A DNA stretch of 64,000 nucleotides, from NCBI GenBank assembly GCA_030704615.1, contig CM060733.1, positions 4,278,001-4,342,000 of the forward strand. Direction: 5' to 3'. Positions 11,860 to 24,875 of the stretch are shown in pieces. The position numbers and the translations under genes were made by a program. The notes beneath the pieces were generated by a model, which saw nothing but the letters and a program-made list of their open reading frames with translations, was not told where the DNA came from and did not search any database. This DNA comes from Takakia lepidozioides. Taxonomy: Eukaryota > Plantae > Bryophyta. The stretch's first letter is position 1. The number at the start of each line of letters is the position of its first letter.

Positions 11860-14410
11860 CTACCAAGGTCCGGGTATGCTTGGCCGGATATTGAAGTGAT
11901 ATCCGGCGGTTTTGGATGGGTATTTATCCCGTTTAATGAATGTTCTAAAACAAGTCGTATCCATGGATGAGGGTAAAGTTTGAGTGCTTCAAAAAGTTTC
12001 ATTCCGAGTTTGCATAGATTGACACCCACCAACCCTCGATATAACCTATCATGTCATAACATAGAACATCTACCTTATGTTACGTAAAATATAGCACACA
12101 TATACATCTGACATGGTCACATCCAGATGCAAATCTGTCATTCATATATATGCTGTCGAGGTTAGGTACAATTGTTAGGAATTGTTGACTGTAATCCATT
12201 TGCGAAGAAGTTTGCAACAATTTTTTTTGTGGTATGCCCTCATGAATAGACAAAAGTCATTTATGCAGCTTTATAGAATCCATCAACCTACAAAATCGTC
12301 TGGTGATGTTAATAATTGAATGAGATGCAAGCATGCAATAAAAAAAAATGATGCCTCTCGAAAGAAATTAACATAATTTGTGGTGTTCCTTCATCCCTAG
12401 GGATTACGGCCTTTCATTGGACAGTGGACACATCAAACATTCCAACAATTGTGTCGCACCATTTACACTATATCATTGAGTTGAGAGATGTCGTTTTTTT
12501 GAAATACATTGTTTCGCCTGAAATCAAATGCCGAGCAATAACGAACGCATATAAATGAGATTTTCCAATACCTGGTGTACCTACATCCCACGAATCCGAA
12601 GAGTTATGAACACAAAAAAGTTTAAGAAATTGACCCATCATCTCATCCAAGTAAACCCAAAAGCACGAAAAAATGTAAAACGAGTGCGGGTGTCATTAAA
12701 TTGACATTAACATAATTAGAATACTTTTCTTATCCAAATAAAATCCCCAAATACCTGTGTACACAACTGCCAGGATCTTCGAATTGCGACTAAAATATTC
12801 ATCTTTCGCTTCTAAAAGTTTAGAATAACAAGGTCTTAAGAATAGCTGTCTTGAAAAGGTCCTCGAGTCTCCAAGCCAAACTACATCCTCTGGTAGGTCA
12901 ATCACTGAGCTAGGTTCCCCATTGCGAATTTTTGTTTGAATTTCGGGTTCTCGTACGCATCTAACAAACTTTGGTTTTTACAACGTGACTGTAAAACATC
13001 GAGCTGTTGGAGGTCCGCCAAGCAGCATGACCCCCACATTGAAGCCTCAAGTTATTTTCAAGTCCCTCAAAAGCCCTTTTCTATGCGCGAAAGAAAAGTT
13101 GGGGGTATTTGTATCTTCACACTCCCTTGTTTAACCTTGACGAGTTGGAAATGACATTCAAGAGTTTTCAAAACACTCGACCAAGAATGAAGTGGAAGAG
13201 TGGTATTATGTAGCAGTGGGTATTGCAAGGACTGTCTTGAAGGCTTGCCCACGAAACTGTTGGATAATGACCTAAGTATGCAACAATCACGTCAATTTTC
13301 GTTAGTTAAATAAATCAACCTTAGTGATACCTCGTCAACGAGGATGTTATCCACTTTTCCTTTATACAATCTTGGAAAATCCAGATTCTTGATTTATTTC
13401 GCTTGTGAAACACATGATGTGCTTCACTACATTAAATTATTGAATTGATTATTTGATTAGTTATGTTGTTTGGATGGTGCTGGTATTTGTGACTTTGTTC
13501 TCCCTATTGTGTTATTCTTTTGCAAGATACCAATTTGTAAGTATATGAAACTTAGAACTTGTAGGATACAGTAGAGAGCCTATTCGTGTGTCGGAACCTT
13601 ATATCTGTTCTATTTCCGTAAAAACATGGGTACCCTATTCTGATTTTTGTGCTCACCCCTCCATTTTTCTTCGCTCACGTAAGTTGTGCTCAAAGGTGTC
13701 CTTACATTCTACCAAGGTCCGGGTATGCTTGGCTAGATATTGGGGTGATATCCGGCGGTTTTGGACGGGTATTTACCCGTTTAATGAATGCTCTAAAAAC
13801 AAGTCATATCCATGGATGAGGGTAAAGTTTGAGTACTTCAAAAAAGTTTCATTCCAAGTTTGCATAGATTGACACCCACCAACCCTCGATGTAACCTACC
13901 ATGTCATAACATAGAACATATACCTTATGTTGCGTCAGATTCAACACACATATACACCTGACATGTATTTGAGGGCTTTACGAGTGCTAGAGGTGCAAAA
14001 TGGTTGTTTTTAACGTAGATGCAAATGGGCGAGCCAAAAACTCAATGATATAGTGCAAATGGTGTGATACGATTGTTGTTGGGAATGTTTGATATGTCCA
14101 CTTTCCAATGGAAGGCCGTAATCCCTGGGGATGAAGGAACACCATAAATTATGCTAAGTTCCTTCGAGATGCATTATCCTTTCTTTTTTGCATGCTTGCA
14201 GATTCTCATTCAATTATTAACATCACCCGACAATTTGGTAGGTTGATGGATTCTATAAAGCTACATGAATGACTTTTGCCTATTCATGAGGGCCTACCAC
14301 AAATTTTTTTGTTGCAAACTTCTTCGCAAATGGATTACAGTCAATAGTTCCTAACAATTGTACCTAACCTCGGCAGCATATATGAATGATAGATATGCAT
14401 CTAGATGTAC
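11860..14410. repeat. compound duplication: direct repeat (about 11860-12113 / 13709-13963) plus inverted repeat (about 12120-12470 / 14055-14408)
   Basis: Blocks align by eye at high identity. Confidence 0.85.
12468..13000 (-). pseudogene. Crinkler/RHS-type P-loop NTPase gene fragment
   Basis: IDLPEDVVWLG..QLFLRPCYSKLL..AVVYT, then GT-AG intron 12754-12581, then GTPGIGKSHLYAFVIARHLISGET; truncated by the inverted-repeat block. Confidence 0.7.
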
Positions 14411-14574
14411 AAGCTTCGTTTACTGGGATTCACATGTTCACGACTTATTGCCTAAACCAAGTTTATCCAAGACAAAGGCCTACTACCAAAAATCCCACAG
14501 AGACAATTTACAGATCACTCAACGTTCAACTCAATTCTCAACGAGAACATAAGCCTCTTCTTAATGAAAATAAC

Positions 14575-15020
14575 ATCTAACAAATGGCCAAGTGGTTACG
14601 ACATAAAACCATCTTTTTATAAGTAGTCCTGAGTTCAAAATCACATAGGTGTATGTTGGATGTCATCCATTACAGCTAATTAATCCAACTATAAAAATTA
14701 GGGGTCCCCGATCAACCAGTCACCTAACTGCATATGTTACGATAGGTTCCTGACGTTATGAGAGGTTATGGTCGTGGGTTCAAAGCCACATAAATGTATG
14801 TTGGATTCCATAACCCAATATAGCCAAACCCTTCTAAAAAAAAGGTCTTTGGTCAACCGATTATTTAATGAGTACAAGGTAATCTAGGGACTTTTGAATC
14901 TTGGGGAGGTCTGGGCAACCGCATGGCCCTGGAAACAACTCTAAGAAGGTGTCCAGCTTCCAAATGGAAGGCGGAAGTCCACAGTTGTCCTAGTTACGAT
15001 CGTCAGAAGGTGTCTATAAT
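14575..15020 (+). mobile_element. degenerate tRNA-derived SINE(s), two heads in tandem
   Basis: ATGGCCAAGTGGTT..GAGTTCAAAA and GTGGGTTCAAAGCCACA; body similar to the 18.6-18.8 kb copy. Confidence 0.6.
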
Positions 15021-15064
15021 AGTTACTTCGCTTCAACCAGCTCCAATAGAACCATGGTATAGAC

Positions 15065-15406
15065 CAGTGTTGGGCGGTTATTTGAATTTCTCTCTAATAC
15101 CCGGCGGTTACCTATCCGGTTATATATATATATGACCGGCGGAATGAAGTAACCGGTCCAGTTAGGAACCGGCGGAGGTCACGCATTCAAATAACCGAGC
15201 AAAAAACCTCTTAAAGAACCGCCCAATACCCGCGGTTATTTGATGAAATCATCGGTTATTTGAGGTTTTTGCAAGTAACCGTAACCGCTGAGGTTATATT
15301 TAGCCATAAAAAATTTAATAACCGCAACCCCGGTTAATAGTTTCCTAAAATTCGAAACAACCGGAACCGCCGGTTATGAAAAAAATCAAATAACCGCCAA
15401 ACATTG
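15065..15406. mobile_element. hAT MITE
   Basis: 21-bp TIRs cagtgttgggcggttatttga / tcaaataaccgccaaacattg; perfect 8-bp TSD gtatagac; aaccg/cggtt subterminal repeats. Confidence 0.92.
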
Positions 15407-18075
15407 GTATAGACCCCACCTTTGAGAAGATAGTTGGCTTCGGCTTGAGGATTCTTTCTCAGGCACAAAATCTCCGAAGCAATATGACATGAAAAACATA
15501 CTTTGCGATGACTAAAGGTCGAAGGTCGGAGACTAGTTTTAGTGTAGAGCAGGAATAGGGTGCCCTAGTGACACGTCATGGTCAGCCATTCATCGTCATG
15601 TCATGTCATTGTCACCACGTTATCATCATGCCGCATTATCATCGTGACCTATGAAATCTTTTTGTCAAATCTGCTTTAATCTTATTTTCTTTTGTTTTTT
15701 TACATATTCAATGTAAGTGTTACAACATTGCACTTCTAAATATTTGAGGTGAGCATGTTTCAAATTACTAATATATTACGATAATACATATATAGTATAT
15801 ATGATACTGATAATAACTAATGAAATGTCAAAACCGGTGTTGTACTGGTATGTGCCAATTGACTTGGGTATGTGCTTGAGTCTCTCTAAAGGTATCAAAG
15901 GACCAACCAGTCAATTGACTTGGGGTTTGCACCAACTATGGACCAACCGGTGGGGGGTGTCATTGAGCAAATACCCAGTTGTCTGTAGAACTTAGAGTTT
16001 AGGGAAAATGACCTAACCACCTGCAAACCATACTAGTCGCAGTATGGTTGCCGGCAATGTTGCGATTGAGACCAATACTAGGGGTGAACAGTTGAAGATG
16101 GGAGTTGTAGGCATTATGACATTATGATGATTGTAATTTTTATTTTATATATTGGAACCTATCTTTATGCTCGGTTTTTCTTCCTCTTTTCAGTGTAGTA
16201 TGATGCATGTGGGGCTCAAACATACGCATAAGGTAGTGGCATCTAGAAGTGTGCGCGACCTTATTATGTCCCCTATTTTTGATGAATGAAGTCACCCTTT
16301 TTATCCTAGTACTGTGCACTTTTGTAAAGGAGGCGATTCAAGGTTAATTATTGCTTTGGATTAGGTACGATGTGAGGTGTTTTGGAGTACAAGGGGCTTA
16401 TTTAATGGTACATTAGTGAAGCTAATTACATAGCAGCCTTTTGATTCTTATTTCAAATTCCTAATTTGTTTTTGAAAGTGGAGGCGAGTGTTTTGGGACA
16501 ATGGCCAATTAATACAGCAACCATGGTGCACCTTATATAGTGTTACAATGCACACATTTTTATCATGCTTCCTTTGCCTAGGATGGCGGAAGAATGGGAA
16601 ATGAGGGAGTTGTGGAGTCTTCTAGCTGTGTCCACGGGGTCGGCTAGTTTAGGGTTCTCAGATGGCCATGTATGAGGAGTTGTAGATAAACTCAGGGCAT
16701 ATTTCAGGGTCCTACTTGGAGTTGTATATGGTCAGATTTTGCACAGGTCGTCATCCCTCCAAAGGAAAGTTATGGGTCCTTCCATAAGTAGATGTGCCCA
16801 ATTCCATGTTGGGAGACCTTTACTTTTGGGCCCGCACATGGCCTAGTTTTGTTTAATTTTTGGGATAGGTGTAGGTGCACATCTTGTGCACTTAGGGCAA
16901 CTTAAAGCACATATCAAGGAGGATTATATGGCATTATAGGATGGACCTACTGAGCAGTAGTGGGATAATATGTACTTTGATTTTGATAATTCATATATAA
17001 TACATCCGTGATTGGAAAATTATGTGCTTTGCACAAATGATTGTTGCTTCATTTGCTATTCTGCTCATATAATTTTTGTGACACTACACCCTCTGAGGAG
17101 TTGCACACTGCTTAAAAGAACACTTGAAGATACCACTACATAATACGTACCACCCCAGTAAGTGAATTCCATCTCAGACCTACTCCTACATGGAATCATG
17201 GCAATACTCCTACAAGCCGCGTATCCTACCCATGCCGCTGTGGATCTACACTGGGAACACTTTGAACAAGAGGTTAGGCTGTAGGCTAAACATTGGAACA
17301 TCCCGATCACTGCTGATCCAGATCCTAAGTTCTGTCAAGATGCAGCTGTGCTGCCTTCGTAACAAGTACACCTAGTACAGTCCACCGATGGCACATTGCC
17401 TTGGAACTGTCACTACTATAAAAATACCTAACATTCTGCATGAATAAGGAAACAACTAGTCTCAGAGATAGTGAGGCCTGAGCCAAGTGTAGAATTGAGG
17501 TTCACATTGAGTAAATGAAGAATTTGCAATTTAAAAGTTTGGAAGTAACAATGGTGAAACCCCACAACAAATGACAAATTTCGCCCTTGGGCCTGCTCTC
17601 AGACTGAGTGTCCCTATTCCCACTTCTCAGAGAGTGTGTGCAGAACTCCTGCAAATAATTTGGTAATCCCAATTAATGTTTGCTACATGCCTACAGCAAG
17701 TAATCAACTAATTCCAACCAAGACTTAGTAACACTACCTAACTGATCTAACGGCAATTCAATGTAGGCTGTCCTTCCAGCTCTTTTCATCTACCTTGGGC
17801 ATATGAATGCTAACCTGTCCTCCAGTCTGAATTTGTGGTTGTCGAGTCAGTAGTGTCTCCTGCTTTCTTCCCACCTCCCTTCTGTTCCAGGGTTACACCC
17901 TTGTATGTCGGAAGGATTACATGCCATTTGTGGACAAACTGGTGGCCAGTCACAAGCTTTCCCGGTGGTTTGAACAGGTCAGCACGAAGACTATTCCCTA
18001 CCAAAACGGCAATTGCAGATGAAGACAATAAGAGAGTGGTCCAGGCATGGCTGCTTCCTTGTAAGCCGTGAAAGG

Positions 18076-21000
18076 TCAGGATGAGCCTGTAGTTGAGGGT
18101 CCATCCTTCATTTGGCGCGTGTTGTATGAGTAACAGCTCAAACACTTTTGTGCTATTACATGGAACAGCACCTCACTTTTAACCCCGCAATCATTGCAAA
18201 GAATCCACACCTGCATTCATAAAATGAGAATTTCCTGTTCCTGAGATATTATACATCTTGGTGAAAGGACTTAATTGAAGACAAAATGCAGCAGCAAGCT
18301 GTGTCTGGCAAGAGGATCAATCCAGTCCGGCAGGCAGCTGTCACATATTTGTAACAGTAATATTGTTTCACATCGAAAACCAATTACTGGCAGTTCAGTA
18401 CCAAGGGTGCTGTCACCAGGCTGTGGTTAGGTAACAAGAATGTTATTACTCACTCTACAAGACGGGCTTAATCCATACAAAAGAATGTTTGATGATGCAA
18501 AATGGGCAGCACAACACATGTATCCAATGACGAGGATATTGAAATCCTTGGAAGTCATCTGACTAAAGTCGTCCTGCTCAGAAGAGGGTTCACTCCTGCC
18601 AAAGTATAACTTAAGAGGTCACTTCACACCAAATTTCCATTTGGAAGGTGGACACCTAATGGTCGTAACCGGGGACTCCAAATTCCGGAAGTACCCACAC
18701 ATTAGGTGTCTGGTTGCCCCAACGACCCCTCCTTTTTAATAGCTGGGGTTGGCTATAATGGGTGACTTACACATATGTGGCTTTGAACCCACAACGACTT
18801 GTAAGGCATCCTTCCTAACCACTGGGCCATCTGTTGGACGCTCCATCCTGCTCAAGTTTCTTGACTAGACAGTGGTGCCCAACTTCAAAGCTTTGACAAA
18901 CAGACATCAATTGAATCTGATGTAAAGGCAGCTGACCAGAACAATGCTGAATCATGTCTTCTACACTACTGCTGCACTTGCTATACTTGTACACTTCACA
19001 AAGGGTAATTGGTTGACATTAGACAGAAGTTAGAATTCTTGGCTCTGCAAAACTGGATGGGTATATTATGCTTACCAGCTTGTTTTGATATGGCTCTGGC
19101 ATTGGTGTAGCTGCAACCTGAGCCCATCACAACTTCCGCTAGTGAGGACCAGCCCGACCTCATTAAACCAACCAAGCTTGGACTTTCTTTTGAATTATAA
19201 TTTTTGTTCAAAGATGCGTAACAATACTAGTAAAGTCAAATCATATGGGTAAGACTACTCATCAGACCCCATACACATCACCCACATGCATCCATTCTAA
19301 ATTACCGCGAACCCATAACATAAGTGACTTTATTCAGAGGAGGAAATAGAATGGTAGTATGAGGAACACCTCTTGGTCAATCTGCTCCCAAATTTTCTTC
19401 ATGTCACAGATAGACTTGGAGCATATCGGGCACGAAAATCTACATTCACAGCATATATCCCAACAGTTCCTGTTAGATATCACTGTTCCATCAATCTACC
19501 CCCCGAGAATATTAAAATGGCCTTCACCTTGAACAGCAACCTTCAGTACTAAGTGCTACTATGGCATGGCAACGAACGATGATTTCACCAATCTTTGGAA
19601 CTCATTAGTTTTGAAGTAAACTAGAACGGCATCATGTATTAGGCAATTAATTGGTGGAGGTATGCTGAAAACAGTGTGGAATGGACCGACTCATTGGCAA
19701 CCCAATTAGAACCTCTCAAAATCCAGAAACTTCATACCTATGTCAGAAAAGAAAGAAGGCATCACTAACAACTAGTCGGTCATAAGAGAAGGAAACTCAC
19801 TGAGAGTGCACTTGCATTTCCTTAAGGCAATCCAGGTGCATTGTGTGGCCACATAACATCACACTTATGTCCTTCATTGAATCAAACAGATACTGCACAG
19901 CACCAATGTACCATACCTGAGAAAACTAGCAGCTAGAATGACACCCTCCTGTCTCCTACACTCGTGTATGTCAGTCAACCAACCATGTAACTATGGCCAA
20001 TCAGGGTCCATGCAACATTTGACATGTTCCTTGTCTGTTTATAAGATAGGCAACTTCCATGCCTTTTGTGATAATAACAGGTAAGGATACACCTCAGATA
20101 GAGGATATGCACCTTCAACAATAACAATCAACTGCCCTCCTGATCCAAAACCCCACATTGTGCAACTGCCCTCCTACCATTGCAATGTTCACAATTTACA
20201 AACAACCTGAGAACCATGAGTTGTTGTAGCAGCGAGCATTTTGTGGGCATGTCATACACCATCTGACTGGCCACCTACAGAGCATCGGAACATAGAGCTA
20301 TTTGATCATCGCTTCTGTTTCCATTACTATTTGCAAACCATTTCCAAAAGTACCTGTCAGAGAAGAATTACCTCAAAACACACTGGGCAGTTGTGGTGCA
20401 TTGACTTCTCCACGCATGGGTGTCCTGCTTGTAACACAGTCGCATAGCAACAGCCTGCCACCACACAACATCCATATGAACGCAAATTCAGCAGAGATGT
20501 CAAGAGAAATGAAATTTTTTTACGATCATTAAAGCCTAGCAGGACTCTAGACAGAGTGGTTGGGGAAACCAAGACATCAAAATGTGGATGAATGATGGGA
20601 GAGGAGCATACCACAGCGGTCACAGTGGAAAAAGTTGTCACGTCCTCCAATTCTGAAGCATTAGATGAAGACAGAATATCAGAAAACCATATATCAATGT
20701 GAGAGCCTAGTAGTAAGCTCTTAACTCAACAAACCATACTGCGTTCGTCTACACTTGCTACCAATTCACCTATATATGTTGTCGGTGCAATTAATGGGGG
20801 TAATAAAACGATGGCAACAGTCACCTTGAAGATGACACTTTAGTTCTATACAATTCAGGGTTTAAAGCAGGGTGAATGGCAGGAAAGTAAAGTACCTGCA
20901 AATACCACAAGCGTCGCAATGATACTGCTGCTTGCTAGTCTGCAAAAAGGACAGATTATTTAATCATTTGCCAGCCACATTCTTCACCCAAACATGAGAA

Positions 21001-22483
21001 GAAATGTCTCTACTTGCTCTTACACACCTTTTTTCAACTTCTTCATGTGTCTTGTGCATCTATCTCCTTAAGTGTGCAGCGGATGGACATTAAAGTAAGT
21101 ACGAACATGCAACCAGGCAAGGAAATTGTGCCAACCTCGTCATCAAAGAACTTGCAGGTTGGGCAGAAATACTCGCCCATGCACACCCCACAGTTTTCGC
21201 ACACCTGCTGCACGGCTTGCTCCGTGTTGCAGAGTGAACATATGACCTAAACACAATGATCCACCTTACCCTCAGATAGACTGTAGATAGACCTTCATTC
21301 GTGCAGGAAACATGGGGAAAGAGAATAGCAGCAATTGACAGCCTGATCATGTGGGTTGTCTTTCCCAGAGAAATCCTAAAACAGAAAAATGCAGTGGTCT
21401 ATACTGAGGGTATTAGAGATGCCACACATGGGAATGAGGTATGCTGTACACAAAAGAAGAAGGAAAACAAGTACTGTACCCTTGCGACCTCATGCCGTGG
21501 TAAGTCATGACGCTTTAGGGGATCCTTCTCATTCAGATTCTGTTACCCCATCAGCACAAGCATGTTAGCTTCAGAGAGTTCAGATAGATGAGACCCAAAA
21601 TGAGAGTTCATGACAACACTTCAGCTTCTGGCAGGTGGAGATGGTGTGTGGAACTTAGAGATAGTAAAAGGGTAGGAGGGAGCACAAATGTATCCCACAA
21701 ACACACGGGAAAGCGCGAAGCAGGATATCAGAAAGCTTTGTTGTTCATAGATTTACCTTTGCATCATTGTGGCAATGGCGACAATCGAAGATTTCATTGC
21801 AACATGGGGCTCGAATGCGGCACCTCCGTCTGTAGTGGGCACATCTGCCAATCCCAGAAACAGAAGCAACGAAAGTTCATTCAGGCCCACTCTTCTGCAG
21901 TCAATATACATTCCTACTTGATATATCGCCTCCGTATGGCTGCCTTATTTTGTGTGGCCCCTGGAACACAACCAGCAAAAGTCAAAGGGATTCTGGTCGA
22001 GGACCCATGGAGAGAAAAGGGGAAAGAGATGGTGCAGAATGCCGGGGGAGGGAACTGCCTAGGAAGTAAGGTTGCCATGCTTGTTCCAGTCCATTACTTT
22101 AGGCCCTGTTTCCAACGAGTTAAAAGTACCTTCACTTCAGTTTTAGACCAAAGCTGAACACACTAAAATCTAGTTGTAATTGCACAAACTAGGATGGAAT
22201 CCATGGAGTACACAACTATAATAATATTCTTTGCTGTTATCCAGTGTGAAGAATGCAATATCACTGATTAGAGAAGGACGTCTTTGTAGAAAATCTTCAG
22301 TGCCCTTTATGGTGAAAGTGCATTAGTTACAATAAAGCACAGAATAGAGATCTCATATGCGTACCCATACTCCATAAAACCGGCAGATCGGTCCCTCATG
22401 TCCTCCATGAGATCCGCTGTGAGAGGAGAAATTTTACCACTTCCCAAGTCCAGTACCCTCCGCTCTTCCTCCTGAGCATCCAT
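18076..22483 (-). CDS. CHY-type/CTCHY-type/RING-H2 zinc finger E3 ubiquitin ligase (CHYR1/RZFP34/MIEL1 family), 11 coding exons, 294 aa
   Basis: Exons 22483-22365, 21844-21757, 21539-21480, 21246-21136, 20939-20896, 20652-20612, 20454-20372, 19892-19801, 19439-19370, 19117-19076, 18210-18076. All GT-AG and phase-consistent. [60 protein letters not shown]. Confidence 0.95.
18581..18845 (-). mobile_element. tRNA-derived SINE in the last intron of the CHY-RING gene
   Basis: A-box TGGCCCAGTGG, B-box GGGTTCAAAGCC; TSD tcctgctca at 18572-18580 and 18846-18854. Confidence 0.8.
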
Positions 22484-23099
22484 TCACGTGGCTAACATTA
22501 GATGAATCCAAATCCGTTCGTCTCTGCTGCAAAACTACTAATTTACATTTAAGGAAGACAGAATACCATAGCCACAACCATCGGCAGGCAAAGTTGAGCT
22601 AGAGGAGAAACCCAATAACCATATGGTGTGCTTGCAGTTGATTATCTTCAAATCCAAAATGAAATGGCATATCAGATAAATTGAAAGGATCCCACAAGGG
22701 TGGAAAGAGTATATTGGCATTTAAAGCCTCCCCTTCTGGGACTCATGGGCGGGGGATTGCAGCTAGAATGAGAAGCCACGGAAAAACACATCGCGTGTGG
22801 GAAAAAGCCTTGCTAGATGCACGTGCGAATGAGGGTGAAACAGAGATACAGGAGGGTGAAGCCCGCTGGAGGCTTTGAAGTTATAGCAAGAATACAATGC
22901 TGGCAAGACAATCCAACACCAAAGACCCTCACCACCACTCCAAGCTAAACAATCTCATTGCACAGATCATCCACGCGTAAACTCAACCGACTCGGCAACA
23001 AACGAAATATACTCACCTCTTCAATATGCTGGTGGGCATGCGACGCAACATGGCACGGAGCAGTCCGATACTCCTCCGAGGTCAGAAATGGGGAAGGGA

Positions 23100-24875
23100 A
23101 CCCAACCACGACGGCCATTGCTCAACCTCCGATAACAGCCGCACCGCAGCTAGGTGCACCGCCCCCTTCCCTACTCCCTCCCTTCCGTCTCTTGCCGCAC
23201 TCCAACCCCGGGGGGCCTTAAAGTCACAAAAATCGCACTCTCCCCACTACTCTAACGCCTACCGTACAAGATTTTGCACGCCACAGCCCAAGCACAAAAA
23301 GCCTCGACAACTTCACACCTTTATTATCCCCCCCCCCTCTTACCCCCTCCACTCAAACTCCCCCCGCACTCTGGAAATCAAACAACCTTACAGCCTCCCT
23401 CGCAGCAACCTTTGGGACACAGATCCCACACCGCTAGAAATCTCAACGTTCCAGACAGCAGCGGAGGCAGGCGCTTCAATCCGCGAAGATTGAAATCATC
23501 CACACACACACACACTCGGAGGCGGGGGAAGTGCTCTCCAGCGATTCAATCCAGCTACACGCAAAACAATTTCGCAGATCTCAACTGCGCTCCCGAATCG
23601 GGGCTGCGCAGACTTGAGAATCGGAGAGAAGACCGAGCAACAGTAATCAGTAACAGATTCGTGTTTGGGCGCAAGGGCGGCAAAGATCCGCAGCGACCAC
23701 CAACCAATCCGAACGACCAGTATCACTCGGACCGCAAATCACAGCAGCGGCCTGGGAAGCAACGCGGTGCAGCGGGCAGACGCGCCCGCTTTGGCGCTGC
23801 CCGGCCCTATTCCCGCGCCCGCGCGCAGTTTTTAGCGCTGCCCGCGACCCCAACTTCGAGAACGTCATCCGCGCTTTTCTGCACGCCATCGAAGATCCCT
23901 CCACACCTGCCCCTTCAACTTTGGCTGCGGCCGCTGCCCCGTGCCCGCCCGAAATTAGGTCAGTACCATCTCCTTCCAGCGGCTGCCCGGAAGACTCCGT
24001 ACAGCAAGTGGGCCGCGTCTTTAGTTTGCGCACATGCCCGTATTTTACCCCTTCAGTCAAAGATTCCCCGTTGCCGTTCCGATGCCGGCCCCACTCTCTC
24101 ACTCTCACTTCCCGGCGCTCATGCCTCACCCTCACTCTCGCCGTCGCAGTCAACGGGCAAACCACCCGAGAGATTCCGGCAAGTAGAATCTCGAAATTCT
24201 AACCCCCGATATGTAGATTTTATTGTGTCCAAGATAGGACAAAGAGTCCCACGGTTTTGATCCCGGGTTCAAACCCGGGCGTCGGGTTGTTCTCGTGATC
24301 ATCGCGCATGCAAGTTGCAGAATCAGATTTATTGGGCAGGCAAGTGGGCTTCCCACATTTTGCTTGCCGTCGTGGGACCCACTGGATACTTAAAGAGAGT
24401 AAAAGATGGCGAAAGCTGATACCGTTATGAATAGCTTGCGGGGAACTGCAAGTTATATAGAGTCCCGTGCTGGATCACCGATTGCGTGGGGTATGTATTA
24501 CATTTTCTTGGGACCTGGGGTGTGCGTGAAGGAGGTGTGCGAGGGTTTGAACACAGGACTAGTTGGCGGGGTGTCCAGCCGGCGGTTCCGGTTCCCGCGT
24601 TTGCGACAGCCAACGGCGAGGCAGCAGTTTGGCGCGGCTCGATTCGCGCGGCCACTCTAGTTTCGCCGTGTTTCGCCATTAAATGGAAATTAGTTTTGGA
24701 ATATTTGGAAAAAGAAAACTTGCTGGGGTTTGAGGGTTTTAGTAGGGTTTTCTGTCTGGGCTTGGCGTGAGGGAAGAGGGAGGTAGGTCTGTCTCTGTGA
24801 GATGAGATGTGTGTGAGGGCGGATCGAAGCAGGTAGGAAGGATGGCGTGATTGGAAATTTAGTGGGAGCCTTCCT
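23100..24875. promoter_or_regulatory. GC/CpG-rich bidirectional promoter and 5'-UTR region between divergent genes; telo-box TAGGGTTT at 24743-24750
   Basis: Head-to-head gene orientation, CpG-rich composition, minus-strand 5'-UTR splice donor gag|gtgagt near 23015. Confidence 0.55.

Noticed and set aside
1160-18845. tRNA genes suggested by A/B boxes
   Set aside because: No complete cloverleaf; followed by shared bodies, tails or TSDs, so treated as SINE heads
23274-24260. 328-aa ORF and overlapping ORFs
   Set aside because: Low-complexity R/P/S-rich translation of GC-rich promoter/UTR DNA; no domain
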